Source: Lingula anatina (lineage: Eukaryota > Animalia > Brachiopoda). Taken from it: a DNA stretch of 64,000 nt. Of the stretch, positions 1 to 12,900 are shown one piece after another (within the stretch, counting starts at the first letter, position 1; each line of letters starts with the position of its first letter). The DNA is taken from the NCBI GenBank assembly GCA_051362555.1, contig CM120642.1:24180001-24244000 (forward strand), written 5' to 3'. The notes below the pieces were generated by a model. That model was not told the DNA's origin, searched no databases, and saw only the letters and a program-made list of their open reading frames with translations. The position numbers and the translations under genes were made by a program.

Positions 1-4
<4 letters not shown>

Positions 5-37
<33 letters not shown>
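5..37. repeat. (GA)n microsatellite
   Basis: Direct reading; paralog near 22217-22256. Confidence 0.9.
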
Positions 38-40
<3 letters not shown>

Positions 41-96
41 TCTTGAAATAAGAACTTAAGTTTGCTATAAAATATATATATTTAAAAAAAACATAC

Positions 97-1317
97 CTCT
101 ACGCGGGCAGTCTGAGATAGGTTAATCTTGACTGTATTTCTGTCCCCCAATTTGCGTAATTGGGCAACATGCACGTGGGGCTAAATTTAAAAACAAAAGA
201 GAAGTAAAATGTACGGTTATCACACATCTGTGGGTGCTGAAAGAAAAAAATGGATGAACGAAAACTTTGTCCTAACAAAAATATTAAGGAAAATGCCTTA
301 CAAATAAACAAATGAATTAATATAGTTCATCCATGTTTGGTGCACTATTTTGAATGATACTCATACGTTATACATGTAAGAAAAGTACTTGTAGGTTTGC
401 GTAGCGCCCAATATAAAAAAAGGCATTCTGTAGCACTCACCCGTCTCAACACGACCGCACGTTTATTCCTGGCGCGCCGGGCGGCTATTTAAATGGACAA
501 TACTTCAAATAAATCAATCAGCAAACATAAGTCGACTTTTTGATTAAAAATGATACGCACTCGTAAACGGTGAAACATACACGTTTAACATCCATTCAGT
601 AAAAGAAATGATATACATATAGTGCGTTGATTTAAAGAAGAAAAGTTCTCATCTTACCGAGTTCATTTTTCATTTGGTTTTCCCTCTCGCATCGAGCTTC
701 TGAAAAGAATATTATGATAACCATTTGATTACATTAAACATCACGTGATAGTGAATCATCAAACGATTGCCAACAGGTAACAAGACTGATGATCGCACAC
801 TGACTGACATAGTGTGAAATCTTCACCAGTTCTGTCAAATGTGCAATGCCAGCCAGTTGTTTAAGAGCGTCGGCTAAGGCCTTTCTTAGATAAATGTATA
901 AAAACTGCCAGATCTCTTACACATATAAAGGTAAAATAACAGGCAAAACCTTAAAACTCAACCTTTATAAGATTAAGGTGAAATAACTACCAGCTCACCA
1001 ACACTCGGCGTTACCGGTGACACTCTGAGTGAGAGCAAGGCTATGTTCTCGTACAGGTTTATACCGTCGTCAATCAACGAGACGGTCAACATTTATTGAC
1101 ATCACGAAAAAGTAATTTTGCACTGTAACTTTTACTTTCAGGTTGAATTACACTAACATCAAACCCATTACGATGTGAGCAAATCGGAAATACTATAATA
1201 AATGTGATGTTTCTTGAAAAACGCGCATTTCTTCTTACACCAACGAATGCTAGTTTTCTTACCATATGCAAATGCGGGAAGGCATACAAAAATCAGCCAG
1301 AGCGCACAAAAAGCCAT
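97..1317 (-). CDS. Secreted repetitive Lys-rich protein family, copy C (5' four coding exons; gene continues beyond left edge)
   Basis: Exons 1263-1317 (MAFCALWLIFVCLPAFAY, donor GTAAGA, phase 1), 658-699 (EARCERENQMKNEL), 441-484 (AARRARNKRAVVLRR), 97-180 (PHVHVAQLRKLGDRNTVKINLSQTARVE). All have canonical AG/GT sites and join in frame; near-identical to 22315-23592 and 43464-44943. Confidence 0.75.
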
Positions 1318-1872
1318 CAAACGGAGCACACCTAGAATTAGCTCCACCTGGTCTTCAATTGGGTACTCTTCAAATACGAGTACATTTACTCCGAGTTGCG
1401 CGTGATCACATTCGCTACTTTGCATAATAAACAATTTCAAATTGCATCTGAATCATCTTCACTATCCATGCTTCGTACTGTTTACGATATCTATGGGCAA
1501 TGACATCACTATCAGTGATGTCATGACGTTGTGACGTGAACATTGGCAATGACCACGACGATATCAGAAACGTTGACATTGTTGAGAACAATGGACATCA
1601 ACGACAGAAGTAACGACAATTCCATGACAACGGCCAGCGGCAGCGCTTGGTGTTACGTCACTGTTACTGGATCAGCCGATGTTTGCCGAACAGGAATAAA
1701 TAATGATGTGATTGTGTTTCTTCGTATAATAAACTACTTCTCACTGTATAGAGCACAATAGAGCCATCAATAGCATAAAGATAGTAATATATTACAATAT
1801 GCATTAGCAAGGCCAGACGCCGTCTTTTTCTGAATAATAAAAATGTACTAGAAAATAAAACAATAAAAATGT

Positions 1873-2123
1873 ACTAGAAAGCACTCCGAGAGAGTAGACC
1901 TCCGCCAAGGGAGCGATTTTTGATTATTATTGATTATTGATTGATTATTGATTATCCGGATCACCACCAAAAGCTAATAACCTCTTCCTTGGCCCACTTG
2001 TGACAGTTCCGGAAAATTTTATCAAAATCGGTCCATAACTTTTTGAGTTATGTTGATGACAAACAAACAAACAAACAAACAGACAAACAGGGGTGAAAAC
2101 ATAACCTCCTTGGCGGAGGTAAT
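1873..2123. mobile_element. Non-autonomous Helentron/DINE-like (HINE-like) element
   Basis: Internal inverted repeat ACCTCCGCCAAGG...CCTTGGCGGAGGT, (ACAA)n tract near one end, AT-rich insertion site. Paralogous copies at 24117-24341 and 45472-45704; absent from the homologous site near 48380. Confidence 0.55.
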
Positions 2124-3635
2124 AAGAGTTCAAGCGCTGCTCAAGGGCAGAAGTAGGCCCTAACACTAGCACCAAGTGTGGTCAGGGGGTCCCATGGCAC
2201 CGTTCACCCTCTAAAATACCATAATTTCCCGTTCCCTTCATTGGGCCCCGAACCCCTCGACAACGCGAGGGGGGGGGGGGGGGGAGGTCGGTTTCGCATC
2301 CGCGGACCCCCTCCCCCCCCCCCCCCCCCCCCCCCCCCTTCAAATAATCCTGGATCCGACCCTGGTTAAGCGTAGAAAAGTCAATCCACATCATCCATAA
2401 ACTAAGATTTACCCTTCATATCATTTATATTATTTTCAATTCTTGCAATTCTCAGCAAGTTGACACTTCAAAATCTTAGCATACCATTTGAAAAAATAAA
2501 ATATTCACTATTTACACAATAAACTTGCAATTTATTGAGAACAAGGCCTAAGAGATCTACATCTATCTTTGAACGTTGCCGAATTTTCCAGTTAAAAAGA
2601 CCCCGATCCAATTTGAAGAACTGGTTTTAATGACTGAAACTAAATTTTCCTCGTCGTATTTTTGTTTTGAGGCGATAGAAAATGCGCATTTTGCACTCTT
2701 TGTTATATACATTTTTTTTACATTCAAGGACCGATTTGCACGGCACGGCGCAACCCACACAGAAAGCAGGCCGAGATTGACCCAATGCCAGTATTCCGAA
2801 ATTCGCAGTGAGAATAATGGTAAATTTGTATGAACATATCACATAGAGGGAAGTTATAAAGTCAAATGCATGTAGACGTAAAAGCTTGTTTCAAGCCTCA
2901 AACCTTAGGCCTACTTTTAGTCTTCTGCCTTTGACGCAATGCCGTATCTGCTCGTCTTGGATATTTTTCTCTTTTTTCCCCCATTTTTTCCGTCTGCTGA
3001 CTGCTACTTCCTGCTTGTCTTTAAATGATTATTTATCTATATTGGTTTTATGTATCTCTAGAAGATAGTAGTATTTTACCTGGTATGTATTTTTCTGCTT
3101 TAGTTTATTGAATAAATGGGCGTTTTAGAATTTGCCATTTTTTACTTTTAATTTCGTCGAGTCTTGCCTCATTGGAGGCCTAAATATCCATTTTACTTGC
3201 AGTGTGTGATTAAAGATTGCTGTTAAAACATGATGTAATATTGCATCAAAATTGAAGAAACTCCTATTTTGGGTACTGCCGCAATAGTGACCATTAAAGG
3301 AAAACATGCCACTTACTCTTTTCAAACTTACAGGAAAGACACATAGGACTTAAATACAGCTTAAGCTGGAAATCAAGTCTGATTGGTTGAATTTCTGGAA
3401 GTTATAAAGGTTTTTGTGAAAAATTTTCACATATTGGCATTTTCAAGTTGTGACTTTGAACCTCCATGGTCTTAAAGACCTTTGATAGTCATATTTTCTG
3501 AATATCCATGATACTTTTGTTTTATTATTAAAAATTGATGGTCATTATGCTGTTAAGCATTATGTAATATTGCATAAAAGTTGAAGAAAACCCTTTTTGG
3601 ACACTGCCGGCAGGATGACCATTAAGGAAAAACAG

Positions 3636-3803
3636 CAGGGGCGGATTTAGGCCGTCTTCTGGGTCTTCCAGAAGACGGTCAGAATTTCAAGTTATCATTG
3701 TCGGGCATCTTATGTTTTCTGTCGGAAGACGGTCAAAAATGGAGGCTGGATCAACAAGTATAATTTGGAAGACTGTCAGACAATATCTCTGGATCCACCC
3801 CTA
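3636..3803. mobile_element. MITE with CAGGGGCGGAT termini
   Basis: TIR CAGGGGCGGAT...ATCCACCCCTA. Absent from the paralogous site near 47390; an inverted relative lies at 53692-53860. Confidence 0.7.
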
Positions 3804-4158
3804 TTTAACATGTTACTTATGATTCTCAAACTTACTGAACATTTAACAGCTTTGCTTCCTTGTTTCTCTTTAAGATAAATACAGCCGTCAGTTCTCTAAC
3901 ACTGTGACTGAGTGAAGCAAACACACACGGACGTGAAAATAAATTTACTTCGACACTGTGAGTGAGAGCAGGGCTATGTTCTTATAAAGGTTTATATCGT
4001 CGCCAATCAACGAAACGGTCAATCTTTGCAGACATCATGAAAAATTCATTCTTAATTTTACAGTAACATTTACTTTCAGGTTGAAATACTATGATATATG
4101 TGATGCTTCTTGAAAAGAGCGCATTTCTTCTTACACCAACGAATGCTAGTTTTCTTAC

Positions 4159-4213
4159 CATATGCAAATGCGGGAAGGCATACAAAAATCAGCCAGAGCA
4201 AACAAAAAGTCAT
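4159..4213 (-). CDS. Extra signal-peptide exon (MTFCLLWLIFVCLPAFAY) upstream of copy C
   Basis: Intact ATG and phase-1 GTAAGA donor within a duplicated 5' module; no exon 2 directly follows. Confidence 0.45.
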
Positions 4214-5172
4214 CAAACGGAGCACACCCAGAATTAGCTCCACCTGGTCTTCAATTGGGTACTCTTCAAACACGAGTACATTTACTCCGAGTTGCGCGTG
4301 ATCACATTCGCTACTTTGCATAATAAATCATATCAAATTGCATCTGAATCATTTTCACTATCCATGCTTTGTACTGTTTACGATATCTATGGGCAATGAC
4401 GTCACTATCAGTGATGTCATGACGTTGTGATGTGAACATTGGCAATGAACACGACGATATCAGAAACGTTGACATTGTTGAGAACAATGGACACCAACGA
4501 CAGAAGTAACGACACTTCCATGACAACGGCCAGCGTCAGCGCTTGGTGTTACGTCACTGTTACTGGATTAGCTGATGTTTGCCACTAATTACTGGTGGGT
4601 CTGATGAAATTCTTAAATTACAAAGCTAAAATATATATTTGCATGCTATGTCCTATCGCCAAACTATCCCGTAATGATTAACAGGGAAAACAAGACACTT
4701 CTTATATTACTCAATTCTAAAAAATAGTTTCAGTGTGCGAGCTGAGGATTATTCCAACGCAAGCTTTTAATGAAAGCTGGGTACAAGTAACATTGGGCAA
4801 GTAACAGTATAACACGATAAAAGCAGAGTTCTGAAGAGTTAAATTGAAATAAAAGGCCTTGTATCGTCCTCTTTTTTTTCCTGTTCAGATTATTTTATGC
4901 CGAGCCATAGCATTATTTATTTGTAAGTAGATTTAGGTAGATTTCAGATCCATCGATCGACCTTTCAACACGATAACAATAATGTCGAAGAATCCTGTGA
5001 CAGAAATTACCGCATTCACAACAGCGAATTTTATGATACTGCACACACGCGCGCGCGCGCGAGCAAACACACACACGCTTACCCATCCACGCATATCAAG
5101 CTTTCAAGTGGGTCAACCATATTTATTATTCATCTGTTAGACCACTATTGTGAATGCAATCATGGTATGAAA

Positions 5173-5203
<31 letters not shown>

Positions 5204-5782
5204 GTGTGTTCACGTGTGTGTGGTTTCATACAATTAGTTTCTATTAGATTTGAAACATAAACTTCTGATATTTGTAGACCTTAAAAACTGCGAACAGAGC
5301 TCTTATAATGAAGTGTGATATTCAGAAAAAGAATTTCGTGAGATACTTTTTAAAAGGCAATCGGTTGTCTTTGAGTCCATTTTTAAAGGTAAATGAGAAA
5401 TCATATTATCACGCTAAAACTGATTTTCTTTTTTTTTATTCACTTCAAATTTTATAACAATATGTACAAAATCGTATACTTTATTGTATATATTGTATTA
5501 TTAATAAATTTACAATTCTTGAACTAACTAAAGTAGCTTTCTGAAATAATACATTAAGATTCACTGAATCTAAAATGTCTAAGATACATGTACCAATGAT
5601 TAAATACTTTAAACACATTATGTAAATAAAAAAGATATACTGGAAATTTTAATAGGAATGATTCTTGTTGAGAAAAAATCATCTTTATGTTTCATAGCGC
5701 GGAAGAGTGCGCGTGCTTAAAACAAAGACTTTAGTTTTTCTTCGATTCTTTTTCTTATTTAAAGTATCCTGTATGTAACTGT

Positions 5783-8700
5783 TCATGTTTCTGTTAAACG
5801 CATTGCTTGCACTTGGAGACGCAGATAAGCCGCACCCTCTGCGTGGTTTAACTCATCAATTTTCAAAATGTTCACCACATCCGCCGGCAAAGTGGGTGCC
5901 ATCTCAACCTGCCCAAAGGTCGACCCTACCGGCGAAATCGAAAAGTTATCGATTTTGTTTTCATCGTGTGATGTTACGGTTCCCTGAGAGGAATTCAGTC
6001 CGTTTTGAGCGTCAAACGTGCTACTTTTAAAGCGGTTGTCCCCTGCTGTAAATAAGCCGGCTTCGGCGGCGCTCGGTTCATGTGGCTGATTTCTTTCAAT
6101 CACTTGCATAGAGGTCTGAGCTTTCCGTGTCTTATGTACCTTTAACAAAATATTGATAATTGATAACCTATCAATGGATAACATATTAATAATCAGGTCA
6201 TCAATTCCCCCCTCCCCCCCCCCCCAAAAAAAAAAAAAGCGAATCTACAACAGTCGTCATTTTAATCTGTATCAAAAAGGGTAATATAGTATTCAAGATC
6301 AATTTTGTTCAAAAGCAACGGCTGGTCGGTTACAATGTTTAATAATCATTGTTTTTAATTTTTCCGAAAAAATAATTATGACAAAATTTATCTACCACTA
6401 GTAACACAAGATATTAAGAAACTGTTAAATTGAACAAACGCGTCTTTAAGCTCCTAATTACGGAAAGGCTTACCTCATTTTCCAGAAAAGTGGATGAAAT
6501 CTCTATTTGTTCCGAGACCAACGAGGAACATCTTTGTATAACAGGAATTTCATCGTTGTCATCTGTCTCAGTTCTGGTCGCAGAAGTTGGAAGTGTCGAA
6601 GGCAAGGACTTCTGCTTCTTTTGTTTTCCATTCTTCCAATTCAATTTTTTGCCGTTTGTTACTTTCTTACATACTTCTGATGGATCATACTTGGACAAGG
6701 GAGGGAATTCAGTTTCTGACTGAATTTGTGGAACATCTGGAGAATGATCCCCCAAACCAATCTCCTTCCTGACTGTTGAGCCCGGCTTCAGTTGCTTTTC
6801 AAGCCTAGGCTTTCGTCGGCCAACACTGGTCTTTGGTTGCCTGTCTGATGGTTTACCAATTAATGGAGTTTGGTACTTGCCCTTCATCACCTATTTAAAT
6901 AATTATATTTTTTATCATGCATTTTTATATTTAAAAAATTATAAGCTTATGCTAAAAACAAAAGTTGGTCTGAATTTGAAAATAAAATGAAATAACCTAT
7001 TTACAAGGTACATGTACATGTACATTACCTAGCGCCCTTCACTTTGTATTTTGATTTTTACCTCATTTATCTGCGTGCATTTATGTTTATGTTTAGCCTG
7101 TTTTTTATTTTATTTTTTACCTTTTTGATGGGGCTGGTTGTAATCTGCTTTTCTTTGCAGAGATGCGAGACAACGAGGTCGTCTCGACTCATCGTGCATT
7201 CTGATGTCTGTGCACTTTCCAGGACTGGGCCCATCAGTAATATGCTGGGGTCCATGCTTTTTAACGCCTGCATGTTTTGGTCTGATACCTGAGCACTGTC
7301 TGCAGAATTCTGTCTAATCAAAAGGATGCTCGGGTCCACTCCCATGAGAAACTTTGACGGGGAGTCGGATTTATGTTGAAATTGTGGTTCTTCAGTAAAA
7401 GAATTTGCATTCTTTTCTGTCTGCTCGTCTGTTGAGCTATTTTTAAAATCTTCTTCTTGGCTGGTCTTCATGGAGCCACTATTTGTCATGTCTGCCATTT
7501 TCATCTCATGATGTTCTCGGTATGTGTTGGTACGCACTGCCTTCCTGGCCTATTTTGCAAAAAAAGTTATAAAAATAAACATTATGAAAATGTATTATAC
7601 TGATTAATATCAATTTTATCATTGGTATTATCAAAGTTCACATTAAATTTTCAGAAACTTTTTGATAAAAAAACAGTAGTTTCTTTTAATAGTAGATACA
7701 AGAAAACGTGTTGTAGGTTTATATTTGATTCTAGTACATGCATGTAAAACGAAAGTCGTATGAAAAAAAATAAAATCCTCACGTACTTCTATTGGATCAT
7801 ACTTGGACAAGGGAGGGAATTCAATTTCTGAATGAATTTGTGGAACTACTGGAGAATGATCCCCCACACCAATCTCCTTCCTGTCTTTTGAGGTCATCTG
7901 TTTTTCAATCCTAGGCTTTCGTTGGCCAGCATTGGTCTTACGTTGCCCGTGTGGTGGTTTACCAGATACTTTTGTTTGGCCTTTGCCTTTCACCTTCTTT
8001 AAGAAATAATAATTAATCAGACTAATAATACGAATAAAATTGCCACTTTCCATCATTTTATTTGCCCGTCTGGTTGTTTGCCTATTACTTTAACTAAAAA
8101 TAGGAACTTTGTCTTCACCTCCATCAAAATGATATCAAAAGTATATATTACTCAGACATTTTAACATGAACAAAAATATTATGTTTTAATTCCTGATCAG
8201 TTAACATAATATAAGAAAAGCGCCATATCCACCACATACGCAGAATGAATATCACAAGAAAAAACATAAAGCATTTATCGTTTGCTACAATCTTACGTAC
8301 TTCTGATGGATCATACTTGGACAAAAGAGTAAATTCAGTCCGTGGCTCAATTTGTGGGACTACTGGAGAATGATCCACCATACTAATTTCCTTCCTGTCT
8401 TTTGAGGTTGCCTTTGGCTGCTTTGCAAACCTAGGCTTTTGTTGGCCAGCTTTGGTCTTAAGAGGCCCAGATGGTGGTTTACCAATTACTTTGGGTTGGC
8501 CTTTGTCCCCCACCTAAATTAAGAAATAAAAATGAATTAATTATTTAGATATTTTAAAGTATTCTATAAAAATAATCATGTGGCCTATGAAAAAATTATT
8601 CAGCAACACTAATAAAAGATAAAGATGTAACAGCTGCAAAACTGCTATAGTAAACTCTCCTCGTTTAATCCCTACAATACTCATGGAAATGCCTACCTCT

Positions 8701-9925
8701 TTTTTAAGTTTCTTGTCATTGGTCTTTGTCGTTAAATTGGGCTTTGGCCTCTTCGGTGCCACAAATTTGTATTTCGACTGACTCGGTCTCCCCATCAGAA
8801 TGTCAAGCTCTTTGCGTTTACCATTTTTCTTATTCATTTCCTTGCTATTTGCTACTTCCTGACGTACTTCGGATGGATCATCCTTGGACAAGGGAGGGAA
8901 GTGAGTTTCTGACTGAATTTGTGGGACTACTGGAGAATGGTCCCCCATACCAATCTCCTTCCTATCTGTTGAGCTTGCCTTCAGCTGCTTTTCACACCAA
9001 GGCATTAGTCCACCAGCATTGGTCTTATGATGCCCGAATGGTGGTTTACCAGTGATTTCCATTTGGCACTTGCCCTTTAACTGCATTAAGAAATAAAAAA
9101 TAAAAAGTGTCCAGTCCCTAAACAGTGTCGATAGTATTAGCTCAGGCTCATGATTGTACAAAAATAGGGACATTTTCCTTTTGTTTCTTTTTTAACCTTG
9201 GTAAATATTTCTTAAGATAATTTTCTAGGGCTTTCATCAAATAACTAGACACTTATGATCATACATATGCATTTATAATTTAGATTTAATTTTCAGACTT
9301 TCTCCTTACTTTTTCATCTTTTCTGCCTCCAGTGTTGATTATTTTTCTGCAAGTTGAGTTGCAATTCCTGATGACTAGGCTTAGATGTCTTAACATCTTC
9401 ATCTGAATTAAGGGCTGTATAAAGAAACATACAAAAGTAATTGTGTATCTGCTATATATCAAAGCTCCCTTGAAAAATGGGACAATATGCTTTCACACCA
9501 AAGCCATCTAAACAGTTTAGTTCTAGTCTCAATTTTATGAAAACTATACCTCTTACATGAATCCTGTAGCCTTCTGCTTTCTAATCCCAATAAAGTGGCC
9601 AGTGCTTTTAAAACACAGGTAAAACTTTGGTCTTATTGCGGCATTGCATTATTATGTTATGATATTCTACGAGCATTCTTATCCCATTTGGCATGGTAGT
9701 CCAGGAATTACTTTTTTGAGTCTACATATATGAACACTTACTTTTGTTAACATTGCTGTATGCATTTCCTTGATGTACATCATTGCCAGTGGATGGACCT
9801 GTATTAAGAGTTACATCACTTCTGTCATAAATATATTTCATATAGTAGCCATAAATATATATCATATAGTTTTGGTATAAGCTGTAAAATATGTTGTCAG
9901 TTTATTGTTTATGATATCAAATTGC

Positions 9926-9970
<45 letters not shown>

Positions 9971-12900
9971 TAATCTTTGGACAAATACATCTTTTCATAT
10001 ATGGATTATAACATATATTACCAAAAACATACCTCTACTCGGGCAGTCTGAGGTTGATTAATCTTGACAATATTTCTGTCCCCCAATTTGCGTAATAGGT
10101 CAACTTGAACATGGGGCTTCAGTTAAAAAAAGTAAAAAGTAAGGTTATCATACATCTGTGGATATAAAAAAAAAGAGGAGGCTGCAGGTAAATCTTTTAG
10201 CTTCCCAACTTCACCTATCTTTTTCAACTTAAAATTCATTGAAATCAGAACCACAGCAATTGCTACATTTCGCTTGAATGGAAAGTCAGTGCAATTTAGA
10301 TTTATTTGCAATAAAAATACAGCGAATGTTCTGATCTTGCCAAGATATCTGATCAATTATGAAATTCTGTGACAACAACATTAGGCATATACCCTGTATC
10401 TCCACGAATTAAGAAAAGTGGGTTTGTCTAGCACCCAAAATAAAAATGGCATTCTAGCACTCACCTGTCTCAACAAGACTGCACCTTCATGTAACTGCTT
10501 TGCCTCAGTCTCTTGCACAGAGGTCTGGCCTTTCTGTGTCATTTGTACCTTTCAAAAAAATAATAATAATAATTGAATGATTTTATATATGGTCAAGTTC
10601 AAAATAAGTTTAAAAGGAACACAATTAAATTGGCCTAATTACAACAACGGTCTCCTTAACCAGCATTTAAAACATGCAGCACAGTAGCCAATAACAATTT
10701 TACGATAATGTTCAACATCAACCAATTACAAAATGTATCAACCATTACTAATAAAAAGATTTTTAAAAAGGTGAAATTAACATAAGTATCATGTGTTTAA
10801 TACCAATGGTAATGTTTACCTCATTTTCCCCAAAAGTGGGTGTTTTCAAGGCCAATGTATCTATAACTGAAATTTCATCTTTGTCATCTGTCTCAGCTGT
10901 GGTTGCCAGAGTTGGAAGTGTTAGAGGCAAGGATTTCTGCACCTTTTGTTTTCCATTCTTCACATTCAGTTTCTTGCTGTTTGTTACTTCTTTAGGTACT
11001 TCTGATGGACCATATTTGGACAAGGGAGGGAATTCAGTTTCTGACTGAATATTTGGGACATCTTGAGAATGACCCACTACTCCAACCTCCTTTCTGTCTG
11101 TTGAGCTCGCCTTCAGCTGTTTTTCAATGCTAGGCTTTTGTTGGCCACCACTGGTCTTAAGTTGTTCAGATGTTGGTTTACCAATTACTTGAGTTTGATA
11201 CTTGCCCTTCTTTACCTATTTAGATAATCATATTTTGATAATGCATTTTTTACATTAAGATAAAGTTTAAGATATGTTAAAACAAAGGTCTGTCTGACTA
11301 AATGTTGAAAAAAATGCTGTATTTTTATTTATAATGTACAAAACCTTTCTATTTTGATTTTTTACCATTCTATCTGTTTATGTTCATGTTAAACCTGTAT
11401 TTATTTATTTTACCTTTTTTGTAGGGCTGGTTGTAATCTGCTTTTCTTTGCAGAGATGCGATACCACTGAGGCATCTCGGCTCATCGTGCTTTCTGATGT
11501 CTGTGCACTTTCCAGGACTGGGCCCATCAGTAATATGCTGGGGTCCATGCTTTTTAACGCCTGCATGTTTTGGTCTGATACCTGAGCATTGTTGGTGGAA
11601 TTCTGTCTAATCAAGAGGATGCTCGGGTCGACTCCCATGAGAAACTTTGACGGGGAGTCAGATTTCTGTTGAAATTGTGGTGTCTCAGAAAAAGAATTTG
11701 CATTCTTTCCTGTCTGCTCATCTGTTGAGCTGTATTTGACATCTTTTTCTTTTCTTTTGTCCTTCACCTGCTTTAAGAAATAATGATAGAGTAGAGAAAT
11801 AAATAAAATGAATCAAAATGCCACTCTCCAACTTCTTCTGTTGGCGATCTGGTTGTTTGCCAATTATTGAAGGTGAGAATTTGCCCTTCACCTGTATCAA
11901 AAAGGTAATATATTATTCGGACAATTTTTAATTTAAAAAAAATTCGTTTTTAACCTGATCAGTTAACATAATAAAAGAACATGAAATGTCATATATACCA
12001 CATATGTAGAACAAAGATCATATGAAAAAACAAAATTAAGCGTTTGTTGATTGTAACCTTCTTACGTACTTCTGATGGCTCATACTTGGACAAGGGAGGA
12101 AATTCAGTTTCTGACTGAATGTCTGGGACTACTGGAGAATGATTCCCCACACCAATCTCCTTCCTGCCTGTTAAAATTGCCCTTAGCTGCTTTTCAACCC
12201 TAGGCTTTCGTTGGGCAACATTGGTCATAAGTTGCCCGTCTGGTGGCTTACCGATTACTTCAGTTTGGACTTTGTCCTTCACATGCTTTAAGAAATAATA
12301 ATAAAATAAATAAAAATGCCACTCTTCAACATTTTCTGTTACCTGCATGTTTGTCAGTTACTTTACATAACTTATTGCAAATTCACTTGTACCAAAACAA
12401 GTGAACATTTTAAAATCAAGAAAAAGACTATTTTCTATTTTTAACCTGATAAGTTAATATAATAAAATATTATAAAGTATCATATTCAGTATATATTTAG
12501 AACAAAGATCATTTGAAAAAACATGAAGTTAAGCATTTGTTGGCTATAACTTTTTTACATACTTCTGATGGGCCTTGCTTGGACAAGGGAGGGAATTCAG
12601 TTTCTGACTGAATGTCTGGAACTACTGGAGAATGATCCACCACACCAATCTCCTTCCTGTCTGTTGAAATTGCCCCTAGCTGCTTTTCAATCCTAGGCTT
12701 TTGTTGGCCAGCATTGGTCTTAAGTTGCCCATCGGGTCCTTTACCAATAACTTCAGTTTGGACTTTTTCCTTCACCTGCTTTAAGAAATAATAATAAAAT
12801 CAATGAATAAAATGAATAAAAATGCCACTCTTCAACATTTTGTTACCCTTCTGAACGTTTGTCAGTTACTTTACTTAGCTTATTGGAAGTTATTGCCCTT

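Noticed and set aside
1168-1440. Standalone small ORF MQSSECDHAQ...KKH (7 copies) as a complete gene
   Set aside because: Sequence after the GTAAGA donor varies freely in length and stop position among copies, as expected for intron. The upstream in-frame ATG (MQSSEC) cannot be excluded as an alternative start, which would turn the signal peptide into a signal anchor.
2178-2394. Poly-Gly/poly-Pro ORFs (also 24268-24607, 45937-46218)
   Set aside because: Translations of G/C homopolymer runs in a non-autonomous MITE.
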